Shown here: positions 1 to 12,123 of the stretch, piece after piece
How positions within the stretch are numbered: the stretch's first letter is position 1
Layout of the letters: the number at the start of each line of letters is the position of its first letter
Source of the DNA: Torpedo marmorata
Taxonomy: Eukaryota
Reading direction: 5' to 3'
Assembly (NCBI GenBank): GCA_977017645.1
Contig: OZ360222.1
Span: 72,602,001 to 72,666,000 of the forward strand
Length of the DNA: 64,000 nucleotides
Program-made: the position numbers and the translations under genes
Notes under the pieces: model-generated
Seen by the model: the letters and a program-made list of their open reading frames with translations, nothing else
Told to the model about the DNA's origin: nothing
Database searches by the model: none

Positions 1-74
1 TGATTTGAATGGCAGAGCAGGCTCGGTGGAGCGAATGGCCTAATTCTATTTCTACACCTTATGGTCTTATGGTT
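1..74 (+). mobile_element. CR1 LINE 3' end (truncated by window edge)
   Basis: Sequence gaatggcagagcaggctcg...gaatggcctaattct...cttatggtcttatgg has the same tail as the CR1 copies ending near 16180 and 44340. Confidence 0.7.
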
Positions 75-814
75 ATATTTACATCTGTGTGGCATGAGCA
101 AGGTGTCATAATGCTGAAAAAATGCTTTCACCAGGTGAAAGAAGCAAGAGTAACCTAGATCAATGTCTGAACCTGAATGATATGTAGAAAATTGTGGGAA
201 AACAGAACGAAAACACTGCTATGCTCAGAGTAAAGCATTCTGTAACTGAGCCAGATAGGATAACAAAATAACCCACAAAAATTTGTTCTGGCTAAAAAAG
301 CTAAGAATTCAATGTGGTTTGGCTAAGTATCCATAAGGATAAAATAAGGACAATAAATATAATTAGACCATTGAGGATTACAGTAAAAATTTGTAACCTT
401 TTAAAAGATTAAACTTTACCATTATCATCATTAGTATCAATCGTTTAAATGATTATATGGTTCCATGTGTCTCATAGGGAATTACAATTCTTTATAGTGT
501 GGTTTTACTTCATTCTGGAAAATGAATACCACTAACAAGACCACATTTAGTGCACATCACAATTGCTGTGGCGTGATGTTGGAGGGTACTTTCCTTAAAA
601 CTATCTTGTTCCACCTTGATGGAACAAGATTGTTTTATATCTTGTTCTGTCAAGATAAGGTAAGAAATTTCAAAATGGTCACCCAGTGAGAGTGAAGGAA
701 TGGTGATACGGTCTTAGACTTCATAATGCAGGGAGGGTCATTTATACATATAGTCACACTTTATAAAAATAAAAATAATAAAATCGGCCTTTGTGCAAAA
801 ATGGAAAACAAAAT

Positions 815-1063
815 GGGCTGCATGGTAAGCATAGCGGTTAGCACAATACTATTACAGCGACAGCCACCCAGGTTTGAATTTGGCACTGTCTGTAAGGAGT
901 TTCTAAGTTCCCCCTGTGACCATGTTGGTTTCCTCCAAGTGCTCTGGTTTCATCCCATTCTCCAAAAATGTACGGCATTCGTAGATTAATTGGTATATTT
1001 GGGCAGCACGGGGTCATGGTCGAAAGGGCCTGTTGCCGTGCTGTATCTCTAAATTAAAAAAAA
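815..1063 (+). mobile_element. tRNA-derived SINE, degenerate
   Basis: A-box-like tagcggttagc, B-box-like ggtttgaatt, core tgtaaggagttt...ggtttcctcc, CR1-like 3' end and A tail. Homologous to 26490-26732. Confidence 0.75.
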
Positions 1064-1552
1064 TATCATGAGCTGTTGGCTTAAATTCTAGACTAAGTTA
1101 GAATTTGGAGAAAAAGTTAAAGTCAGCAAATTGAACAATGGGCTAGCATGAACATTGAGCCATATGAGATAAAACAAATGCAGGGAAAAATGCTTCATGT
1201 TATAAGTAAAGACCACAGTAGGAATTTGGGGTGTAAATGCTAAATTCTTACAGTTGATGAAGTGTAGGAACCACCTCTTCAACAAAAATCACATGGTTGC
1301 CAAATGTTATAGTTGGTGAACTTTCAGATCCCCGAGTTACTCCAGTTTGTGACCATTTCAAATATGGGAGCATTGGTAAATTATGACATCTTTTCATATT
1401 TCTCAAAGTAATAAGGAAATGGGCTACTACTTTCTAAAATACACCAAAAAGTGCATCTATAGACTTTTGTTGTTGCAGTTTTATTTTATTATAATTTGCA
1501 TGACTTTGATCTAAAAGGACTGAAATAACAATCCTGGTTGACAAGTGTTGAT

Positions 1553-2756
1553 GTGCAATACACAAAAGTAATGGAGAAACTCAGCAGCATTGATAGGAAG
1601 CAAAGGGTAACCAACGTTTTGGGCCTGGGCCCTTCATCAAGGTATTAGTAAAAAGCAGGCAGGTGCCTGAATAAAAAAGTGGGTGGAGGAGAGGAGAAGA
1701 GGGGAGAGGGACAGGGGAAGGAGCACAAGCCAACAGTCCAATAGTTATGGGTGGGAGAGCAGAAGAGAAAAAAGCTGAGGTGATGGGGAGGGGGTAGCTC
1801 TCTGAATGGGGATGGTAGGGGGTGAGGAGCTGGAGGAAAGGAGACGGTGGATACGGAAAGAGAGAGAGAGGCGGGAAGGGGCCTAACGGAAGCTGGAGAA
1901 GTCGATGTTAATGCCATTGATTGGAGAGTGCCCAGACGGAACATGAAGTGTTATTCCTCCAATTTCTGTGTAGGCCATGGACAGACATGTCATTCTGGGA
2001 ATGGTGTGTGGAATTAAACTGGTTGATCACTTGGAGTTCCCTGTTATTGCGGTGGACAGAGTGAAGGTGCTAAACGAAACCATCACGCAGTCTCTGTCCA
2101 GTCTCTCCTATGTAGAGGAAGCCACAATGGGAGTAGCAAATGCAGTAGAAAACCCCTGCAGATTCACGTGAAGTGTTGCTTCACTTGGAAGGATTGTTTG
2201 GTGCCCTGAATGGTGGTGAGGAAGGACGTGTGGGCACAAGTGTAGCATTTCTTGCGGTCACCGGGGCAGGTACAGAGGGAATGATTAGTGGGATGGGATG
2301 AATGGACGAGTATGACCCGGAAGGAGCGGTCACTGCAGAAAGTGGAGTCGGGAGGATGGGGGAAGATGTGTCTGGTGGTGGGATAATGTTGCAGGTGTCA
2401 GAAATTGTGGAGGATAATATGTTGGATGTAAAGGCTGTTGGGGTGTTAGGTGAGATCAAGGGGAATCCTGTCCTTATTGCGTCTAGGGGGCGGAGGGGAC
2501 CAGGGTGGGAAATAGAGGAAATGTGGGTAAGAGCTGAGTTGATGGCAGTAGAGGGGAACCCATTTTTTTGGAAGAAGGAGAACATCTTGGATGTTCTGGT
2601 GTGAAAGACCTCATTCTGGTAGCAGATGCAACAGAAGTGGAGGAATTGAGAGAAAGGAATAGAATCTTTACAGGGTGTGTAGTCGAGGTAACTGTGGGAG
2701 TTGGTAGATTTGTAGAAAATATCTGTTGAGAGTTTCTGCAGACATTTTGGTTTAAC
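1553..2756 (-). mobile_element. Penelope-like element, 5'-truncated (RT C-terminus, GIY-YIG region, pseudo-LTR)
   Basis: ORF 2181-2810(-) contains TDIFYKSTNSHSYLDY...CKDSIPFSQFL, typical of the Penelope RT C-terminus. 14-bp TSD tgacaagtgttgat at 1539-1552 and 2757-2770. Confidence 0.85.
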
Positions 2757-2770
2757 TGACAAGTGTTGAT

Positions 2771-2940
2771 CAGAATCAGAATCAGAATCAGAATTTATTG
2801 TCATGAACAAGTCATGAAATTCGGTGTTTTACGGCAGCATCATAGTGCAAACATTCATATTATAACCATCTTACGACATTACTATAAAAATATATATAAA
2901 TAATAGTGCACGAAAAGTAAGGCAGTGTCTTTGGTTCATT
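2771..2940 (-). mobile_element. Rex1/Babar LINE 3' end
   Basis: (TGATTC)n tail plus AATAAA on the minus strand. Matches the 3' ends at 33389 and 49720. Confidence 0.75.
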
Positions 2941-3519
2941 GATGTTTGTCAAGTGCAAAGTTGAAAAAATTGAAGACAATTAAATAAAGAAAATTCATTT
3001 TACGGTGCTTACAGGAGATTCACTGATATTGCATTTTTAAGTGTTTGCCCATGGGGAATACTGGAATGTGAAATATCCCTTTGGTTGAAGTTAATGTATG
3101 CATGCACAGCCATGCATCCAATTTGGCTTGGACTATAAATGGCATTGGCTTACAGGTTTTAAAATGATCAAATCCCTCCTGAGACTTGAAATTGGTACTC
3201 TTTTTCTCCCCATACAACAATGCATCTGCAAACTTCTGTGTCTCCAAGAAATTATAAATATATTTGCAGCTGCTATAATTCTATAATTTCATGAGAAAGT
3301 TAACTGCATGCAGGCACAAGTGAGGACCCAACTCTGAGAAAGAATAGAGTTCTTATTTGCTCCTCCATAGTAGAATATAGCAGTATACACGGCAAGAAAG
3401 AAGACAAACCAAAATATTCTGAAGATATAACATTACCTGTGCTTGGCCTGTTGATTTAAGTTGGTCCAGTGACTCACCATTCAACAAGTAAGGTACCCAT
3501 GACTTTAGTAAAATACTTG

Positions 3520-3800
3520 AAGGTTCAAGGTTCAAGTTTCCTTTTATTGTCACGTAATAATACATTAAAAATGTAACATACCTGTACATGATATATGTTC
3601 CATAAAGCAGACAAAGGGTCGTCATTGGTATTGCCTGGCCCCCCCCTTAGAGTAAGAGAGAAAGAAGAAGCAAAAAAGAGTCTCCTCAGAGTCACTGAGT
3701 GTCTGTGGATTTTTCTCCAGCGCTCCCGCAGCCTCTGCAGCTGCACAGACTCCTGTTCAATTCATCAGCAACTCGAGCACCAGATTCAAACCTCTGATAC
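3520..3800 (-). mobile_element. 5'-truncated copy of the non-autonomous non-LTR family typified by 19900-20713
   Basis: Shares agagaaagaagaagcaaaa...cagagtcactgagtgtctgtggat...gcagcctctgcagc with that copy. (TTGAACC)n tail. Confidence 0.7.
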
Positions 3801-4439
3801 GATAACTTGATTGTGGAGCCTCTGCAGTGTGGGGCTGAAGAACTGCCATGCTTCCTGCTCTGTTTACAAACAATTCATGAATGTTGTTTGAGATTGAATT
3901 GGGCAAAGATGTAACATCTCCGCAACAGAAATAACTTGTGACAATTATTGTCTCCCGACTATTAATACTCAGATGCCAATAATACATGCCTGAGATGCCA
4001 ACAGTGCAACTAGTGGAGTCTTGCCCCCACCCCCAAATTACCAACACCCCTGTCGTGATCAGTACTGCCTTTACTTAATGGATGCATTAATTGCAACCTC
4101 AGTGGGAGGAGTGCTGAAGAAAAATTACAACCGCGGAGTCCTCTTGCAAGGACCTTGTTGCCTCTGGAATGTGCAACCTTGTTTGGGAGTATTAACAGAG
4201 GTAGCAAACAAGCCATTGAGGGAACAGGAAGAGAAGGTTAAGGGTCAGTACAATCACATTGTAAGTGTACTGAAAGATTGTGCCCTCTGCCCTGAGCTAG
4301 ATTGCAGTAGTATATATCATCTACCATAAAAATATAATTTGTCATTTTATTGCAATTTGGAAAGTAAGTATTAGATAAGCAGAAATAAATGTCTGCTCAG
4401 TATAATTTCTTACAAGTTGACAACTATGATTTCCCATCT

Positions 4440-4672
4440 TGATCGCCATCAATTACTTCAAAAGACTAGAAGTTGTATATGAACTGAAAGGCTTTTATTA
4501 ACAATAGAATGGAGCCACGTCCATGCTGGTTGTCTGTCCTGGACTGGGGAAGGAGCAGTGGCACAATCACCTTTATTTAGGGGGTCTGTGGGAGGAGCCA
4601 CAGGAACAGTCAACAGAGGGGCATGTACAGAGAGCTTACACAGCCACAACCTATATACAGTAATTTACCACA
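4440..4672 (-). repeat. 3' LTR of the Mag-like element
   Basis: The first ~78 bp are nearly identical to 8665-8743. Preceded on the minus strand by the purine tract aaaaggaggggtaaa. Confidence 0.9.
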
Positions 4673-4749
4673 TTTACCCCTCCTTTTAAAAGAGTCCCGC
4701 GGGGTGAAGGGTGTAACCATATTTACTGATAAGATACAGATAAGTATAT

Positions 4750-7640
4750 TTACAGGTCAAGTCTATCAGGCGGTCGAGTCCACCGCTGTGATCGGCGCAA
4801 CACTTGTGGTGATTGGGCAGGCGGCGGTGCTTGTGCTGCCTCCTGCCTGATTTGAGGTATCAGCACATCTGGCGTCGGTAAGACCTCGTGTGTGTATGCC
4901 GTGGCCGGTACGGGGGTAACGTTTGGTGTCTGTGTCGGGTTTGGAGTATGTGGTGTATCCTGTGTGTATCTAGTGGTCGGTGCGGGGGTGACAGTAACCA
5001 TGGAGTGTTCGGGGGCGGGCCCCTGTGCTCCTGCGTGTGCCAGGTCCTTGTCCTCCCGCTCATCAGGGAAAACCATGTAGGCATACTGGGGGTTTGCGTG
5101 TAGTAGGTAAACCCTCTCGACCATCGGGGAATATTTATTGCTCCTCACATATTTCCGAAGCAGCACTGGCCCTGAGGACGTCAGCCATGCTGGTAGGGTA
5201 GTCCCGGTGGTCGACTTCCTGGGGAAGGAAAAGAGTCTCTCATGAGGGGTGGCATTGGTGGATGTGCATAGTAGGGAGCAGATGGAGTGGCGTGCCTCGG
5301 GAAGGACTTCCTGCCATCGGGAGACCGGTAGTCCCTTAGACCTGAGGGCTAAGAGTGTGGCCTTCCAGACCGTGGCGTTCTCCCTCTCCACTTGTACATT
5401 CCCCCGGGGGTTATAGCTCGTGGTCCTGCTAGTTGCGATACCCCTGGCCAGCAGGTATTGGCGCAGCTCGTTGCTCATAAAAGAGGACCCTCAGTCACTA
5501 TGAATAAGCATGGGTATCCGAACAATGTGAAGAGTTTACGCAGAACTTTTATGACAGACGTGGTCGTGGTATCGGGGCAGGGGATGGCGAAAGGGAACCG
5601 CGAGTACTCGTCGATGATGTTAAGAAAGTACACATTGCGGTCAGTAGAGGGTATGGGGTCCTTAAAGTCAACACTCAGTCGCTCAAAAGGGTGGGTAGCC
5701 TTGATCAGTTGCGCCTTTTCGGGTCGATAGAAGTGCAGTTTGCACTCCGCGCAGACTTGGCAGTCCCTGGTCATCGTCCTGACCTCCTCAAGGGAGTACA
5801 GCAGGTTTCGGGCTTTCACGAAGTGGAATAGCCAGGTGACCCCGGGGTGGCAAAGGTCACAATGGAGGGCGTATAACCGGTCAATCTGCGCGCTGGCGCA
5901 CGTCCCCCGGGATAGGGCATCGGAGGGCTCATTGAGCTTCCCGGGCTGGTACATGATGTCATAGTTGTAGGTGGAGAGTTCGATTCTCCACCTCAGAATT
6001 TTATCATTTTGATTTTACTCCGCTGCTGATTGCTGAACATAAATGCGACTGAGCGCTGGTCAGTCAGTAGGGTAAACCTTTTGCCGGCAAGATAGTGCCT
6101 CCAGTGCCTGATAGCTTCCACTATGGCCTGGGCCTCTTTCTCCACCGCTGAGTGCCGAATTTGTGGGCCTTGAAAGGTACGGGAGAAGAACACCACCGGT
6201 CTTCCCTTCTGGTTGAGGGTCACAGCCAGCGCGGAGTTGGACGCGTTGCTCTCTACCTGGAAGGGAGTGGACTCGTCCACCACGTGCATTGATGCTTTGG
6301 CAATATCCTCTTTGATGCGACTGAAGGCCACGCGGGCCTCAGCTGAGAGGGGAAAAGTGGTGGACTTGACTCGGGGCGGGCCTTGTCCGCGTAATTAGGG
6401 ACCCATTGGGCGTAGTATGAAAAGAAGCCCAAGCGCCTTTTGAGGGCTCTGAGGGTGTGAGGAAGCGGGAGTTCCAGCAGGGGGAGCATGCGGTCGGAGT
6501 CGGGGCCAATGACTCCGTTCTCCACGACACACCCCAGGATAGCGAGTCGGGTAGTTCCGAACATGCACTTATGCTTGTTGTAGGTGAGGTTGAAGGTTTT
6601 GGCTGCCCGGAGAAATTTCCGGAGATTGTTGGCATGATCCTGCCGGTCATGACCGCAGATGGTGATATTGTTCAGATATGGGAACGTGGCCTTCAGTTGG
6701 CACTGGTCCACCATCCGGTCCATCTCCCTCTGGAAGACAGATACACCATTTGTGACATCAAAGGGGACGCACAGGAAGTGATAGAGCCTGCCATCCGCCT
6801 CGAAGGCGATGTAAGGGCGGTCCTCCCGGCGGATGGAGTGCTGATGGTAGGCGGATTTAAGGTCTATAGTTGAGTACACCTTGTACTGCGCTATCTGATT
6901 CACTATATCCGCGATGCGTGGTAGAGGGTACGCGTCAAGCTGCGTGAACCTATTGACGGTCTGGCTATAGTCTACAACCATCCTATGTTTCTCCCCGTTC
7001 TTAACGACAACCACCTGGGTCCTCCAGGGACTTGTGCTCGCCTCAATGATCCCTTCCCTGAGCAGCCGCTGCACCTCCGACTTAATGAAGGCCCTGTCTC
7101 CCACGCTGTATCTCCTGCTTTTGGTTGCAACAGGTTTACAGTCAGAGGTCAGGTTTGGCGAACAGCGTTGGAGGATGGATCTTGAGGGTGGAGAGGCCGC
7201 AAGTAGTGTCTGTGATGCGGCTATGCGTGTGATGTTGAACGGGCTGTACGAATCGGCGGACGTGGGTGGTAAGCGGCAGGAAATGTGTCGTATGCCTGAG
7301 AAAATGAGGGTTACCGACAGTGATTGGTGGGAGGGGCCCGTCATACTCCATCGTCATGCTTTCAAGGTGGCTCTGGAAGTCGAGCCCCAGTAGCACAGGG
7401 GCACACAGTCAAGGCATGACCAGTATCGTAAAGTCCCGATATTCAGTGTCCTGCACCACTAGCGTCGCTACACAGCCCCCCCGGATGTCTGTTGTGTGCA
7501 ACCCGAAAGCCATGACGACCCTCTGGCTTACCGGCTGTGTCGTGAGTCCGCAGCATTGCACCGTGTCCGGGTGGATGAAGCTCTTCGTACTGCCCATGTT
7601 GAAAAGGCAGCTTGTCCTGTGTCCCTCCACCAGAATGTCC
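4750..7640 (-). pseudogene. pol: pol (protease, RT, RNase H, integrase), frameshifted
   Basis: Motifs: CLFNMGST (degenerate DTG), SPWRTQVVVV...RMVVDY...YPLP...IDLKSAYHQ...YLNNI, RNase H EKEAQAI...LTDQRS, integrase HPG...CQVC...DEYSRF...YNPRGN, and C-terminal RRSQRWTRPPDRL. Confidence 0.92.
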
Positions 7641-7889
7641 ATCATAGACCTCGCACTTTGGTCGAGGCCAAAGTTGAGTCGCTGTCTTGATCTGATGCGA
7701 TGGGGTGCCTGGTGTTCTGTTCCCGCAACGGAGAGGCCTGGGATGGCGGCACCCGTGGGTCGTGGGCCGCGCAGTGTTGGAAAGATGGCGACAACAAGAT
7801 GGCCGTCCCCATGTCTCGCACATGGTGGCAGCGGGTGGGCAAGATGGTGACGGCAACAATGGCGACCCCCATACCTCACACGCGGCGCT

Positions 7890-8641
7890 GCTCGATCCCG
7901 CTCGTGGTTTGGATTTACAGACCTTGGCGAAGTGGCCTTTCTTCCCGCAGCTAGCGCAGGTCGTTTCTCAGGCCGGGCAGCTTTTCCGGGGGTGCTTCTT
8001 GAGTCCGCAGAAACAGCACTTTGCGGACTCGCGACTAGAGGCAGCTGTGGTCGATTCGCTGGCGGGGTGCGGGGTCTGCGGCATCCACGGAGCAGTCGGG
8101 AGATGGCGCACCTGGAGAGCGTCAGAGTTCTGCAGAGCGGCCTCCAGCGTATCGGCCAGCTCGATTGCCGAGCGTAAGGTGAGATCGGCGTGTTCCAGCA
8201 GGCGCTGGCGCACATACACCGACCTGGTCCCAGTGACGAATGCATCTCTTACCAGGAGCTCCGCGTGTTGTTCGGCCGTCAGTCCCCGGTAATCGCAGGC
8301 CTGAACGAGTGTCTGTAGGGCCCGAACGAACTCAGCGCTCAACTCTCCGGGCCTCTGCTACCGCGTCGCTAAGCGATGTCACGCATAGACGGTGTTTACT
8401 GGCTGTAGGTACTGTCTTCTGAGAGCGTTCATCGCGCCATCGTAGGTCAGCAGGTCTCGGATCATAGAGTAGACCCGTGGGTTGACCCTAGAGAGGAGGA
8501 CTTTGCGTCTCAGAGCATCTTCGTTCACCAGATTTCCTGCAGGTACGATTTGAAGCAGGCTAGCCAGAGTTCAAAGGCGTTGCTGGCTTCTGGTGTTTGA
8601 GGGTCGAGGTCCAGTTTGTCGAGTCTCAGGACTTTTTCCAT
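7890..8641 (-). pseudogene. gag: gag with two zinc knuckles, frameshifted
   Basis: ATG at 8641. Contains EFVRALQTLVQACDY...VRDAFVTG...RQRLLE...LTLRSAIELA and CCFCGLKKHPRKSCPA, followed by a second Cx2Cx4Hx4C. This gag pattern is Mag-clade-like. Confidence 0.85.
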
Positions 8642-8743
8642 GACTTAACTATTGTTAATAAAATTGATGCGCCATCAATTACTTCAAAAGACTAGAAGTT
8701 GTATATAAACTGAAAGGCTTTTATTAACAATAGAATGGAGCCA

Positions 8744-9607
8744 AGTTAGAGTCCTTAAATGAGTCTCTGATTGAGTTTGTCGTTGAGGAGTCTGATGGTG
8801 GAGGGGTAGCAGCTGTTCCTGAACCTGGTGGGTCGAGTCTTGTGGCACCTCTATCTCTTTCCTGATGGCAGCAGTGAGAGCAGAGTGTGTGCTGGGTGGT
8901 GTGGGTCTTGGATGATTGCTGCTGCTCTCCGACGGCAGCGCTACCTGTAGATGTGCTCAATAGTGGGGAGGGTTTTGCCTGTGATGTCCTGGGCTGTGTC
9001 CACTACCTTTTGGAGGGCTTTACGCTCAGGGGTATTAGTGTTTCCATACCAGACCGTGATGCAGCTGGTCAGCACACTTTCTACCACACCTCTGTAGAAA
9101 TTTGCCAGGGTTTCTGATGGTGGGGGGGTAGCAACTGTTCCTGAACCCGGTGGCATGATTACTTCATGATGATTACTTTTGTGATCCTGTTCTCACCAAT
9201 GATCACTGGATTGTATACCTCTGGCTTTCCTTTCCTGAAGTCAATAATCAGCTCCTTAGTTTTGGTGACATTGAGTGCAAGGTTGTTGTTGTTGCACCAT
9301 TCAGCCAAATTTTCAATCTCCATCCTGTAAACTGACTTATACAACCCACTACCATGGTTCATTTAAGGACTCTTACTTTGCACATTATTTGTTATTAAAT
9401 ATTTATTTTCTGTATTGCACAGTCAGTTCATTTGCACTTCCTTCTTGTTTACATTTCTCACTTTTGTATACGTATCTTTTCTTGAGTACAGTTTTTTTGC
9501 ACTTCCAATAAGTGGTGATTCTGCCTCGCCCACAGAAAAAATAATCTCAGGGTTGTAAGTGATGTCATGTATCTACTCTGACAATAAATGTGAACTTTGA
9601 ACTTTGA
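8744..9607. mobile_element. Rearranged Rex1/Babar LINE: RT C-terminus on minus strand (8744-9340), 3' UTR and tail on plus strand (9358-9607)
   Basis: Minus-strand peptides EIENLAEWCNNNNLALNVTKTKELIIDFRK and NFYRGVVESVLTSCITVWYG. Plus strand aataaatgtgaactttgaactttga tail. Confidence 0.8.
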
Positions 9608-9619
9608 GAAGTATAAAAG

Positions 9620-10065
9620 GGCATGTCAGAAACAGCATTAGGCACAACAAAAAATAAGGTGACAATCTGATAAGGCTACAATACCTGATGAGATGCATGC
9701 TGAACAGCATGGAACAGGCAAAGTTAAACTATCCCACAATTTCTGTATCAAATCAAAATTCTTCAGTTTTGTCACATATGAATGGCATTGGAAAATTAAA
9801 CCATTAATGGGAAGATTTGCATCCTAGACTCTCAATAATGGTGAGATGCAGAATATAATTGCTAAAGGCAGAAGCATTCACAATCATGTCAGCAAGAAGT
9901 GGCAAACTGATGATTCACCTGGATTTAATCTTGGGATCCCCACTGTCACAGAATCCAGTCGTCAGCCAATTAGATTCACCCGAGATGTTAGTAAGGAATG
10001 GACGAGAGCACTGCAAAACATCCCGACTATAATAATGAAGACCTGGCTACAAAACTAACCACTCC
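9620..10065 (+). mobile_element. Ancient LINE fragment (CR1/L2 group), upstream of the RT core
   Basis: Degenerate cagccaattagattcacc...agagcactg...aacatcccg...gaagacctg...aaaactaacc, resembling the KAxGPDNIP region. Confidence 0.5.
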
Positions 10066-12123
10066 ACCATTATTGTTGGCCGAATTACAGGTAATGATGA
10101 GTCAGATTATAGGACTATAATTTTGGTCATAGAGCTTTAATTGTAGGCTATGTGTAAGACTGCTGGTGAAAACAGGACCACAAAAGTAATCATCATGAAG
10201 TAACCATGGGAAACCACTCTAACGAAACACTAACAAGGAGCACTCACTGACAGTACACACAGACTCGTCACTGAAAATCCCATAACATGAGTGCTTTTGA
10301 AAGACCTCTGGGATTCCTCAATTAAACTATTTGAAAGTTAGGCAAAATATAAAAAATTGGCCAAGATGTAAGATGGATTTGAAATATATGTTAACTTTTT
10401 TCCTTGAATGTAGAAAAACAAGTGAACTGGTTAACATATTAAGAGCAAACAAGAAAAAAAATGTAGCTGAAAAACAGCACCCAGTTAATCTGACTGCAAA
10501 TGAAAATTAACATTTAGAGTTAGTAAGGGAATCGTTTGTGTTGTTTTTCATGTTGCCATGCATGGCTAGAGCCATGGTTTTCTCTTGAGCCTTTTGTTAT
10601 TTTGCCAATTATGATTCTTAAAACAGTGGTCCTCAAGTTTCTGGGACTGATGATATACCTCCAGAGGTATGGTGTATCCTCATGGGAACAGATGAAGTAG
10701 TAACTCCCAGCAAAGAACACAATAACCCAGTCTCTGTGGTTCCTGATGTGCAGACAGAGGTTCTGTATGTTATAAGATATATTTGAAGTTCCTAGTGATG
10801 TGATAGACATGACCCAACCAGAACAGTGATAGCCTAGGAAGACTCCCTGATCCTCGACAGTTATGGATTTTCAAACTAGATAATTCATGGGCTTTCAGTA
10901 TCACTGCTGCTTCAGGACTGTCATGCACTCTGTGTTCTGGTGCCCTGAACATTTTAAGCCTCGTTCCCATTTCTACATTGTGCTGTCTTCCAATATTCTA
11001 CAGTGTTAACAGTGCTTTTTAACTTGCTTCCTGTGAAGGTTAATGACCTTGAAGAAACACGTCTATGAAAAATCTGAGCGTAATGAGATGCTCCTACATC
11101 ACTCCCTTCTTAAATTGGACAACTAAAAATAGAGGACCCACCAGTAATTTGAGAAGGTTCCTCCTCTCTGATTTCACAAACATAATTATGCACAATGGTT
11201 CTCACATGCAAAATCCCTTCAGCATTACATTGTAAATATTGGAACAATATCCTGCTCACAAGCAAGATTAATGTCTGTGCAGATCACTCCAGCTTGGTGC
11301 CTTACTGGATTTACGTATATACCAGAGAAAAAACTTTGAGACGCACTGGCACCTGGAATACTTGTCAATCATGGCTCTTTATAGTCAATTCACACTTGTA
11401 AAACAAGCCACGGTCACTATTGAAATATTGCCAGCGACATGGCAGCTGCTCCTTTGCATTTTCAGCTGCACTGAGCTGGGATGAATGACATAAGTGATGC
11501 AGATTCAATTTTGTTGATCTTACAAGTTTACAACTTTGTGCTTTATACCCTCTTGTACTGGGTTATGTTTCTCCTGTATTTGATTGAAGACTCTCTATGT
11601 ACCAGCCCAAAAACTGAATGTTAACTTCAGTGAGCCATCCAGCCAAACCCTTTCTTGTTCTTACTTAATTCCTAAACTGTTGCAGCAAGAGTCACTGGAT
11701 GGTAATCAAGATAGGAAACCCTGGCTGATATTTTTATCCAACAACTAGAAAACATTTAAGTCATTGGCAGTGCCCTTTCATTTGCCTATATGAAGGTTAA
11801 CCTACTCAACAGCGGACAAAGGTTAACCTGCCCTTGATACCAGACCTGAGACTCCCATGGGTTTTCTATCACATGATACTGTTGTCACCTCCAAGATACT
11901 AGTTGCATAAGAAGTGTGACGAAAACACATCTGAATGACCTCCCTTGTTCTATCATCAAAATACGTTCATCCAAAATTCTGTGCTCTGCATTCCAATTTA
12001 CACCAAATCTTGTACATTCAGCACGTTCACTGACCTACACACTTCCCCAGTCCAGCAACTCTCTGATTTTTGTTTAAGGATGCTGGGAGATAATTGGATT
12101 AGCGCTGAGATAAAAGATAAGCC

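Larger units (their letters stand above)
4440..8743 (-). mobile_element. Ty3/Gypsy LTR retrotransposon, Mag-like, decayed; 5' LTR truncated
   Basis: 3' LTR at 4440-4672 (TG..CA), PPT at 4673-4687, partial 5' LTR at 8665-8743. Domain order gag-PR-RT-RH-IN on the minus strand. Confidence 0.93.

Noticed and set aside
7409-8292. Many overlapping ORFs on both strands as extra genes
   Set aside because: These are stop-poor alternative frames of GC-rich gag/protease sequence.
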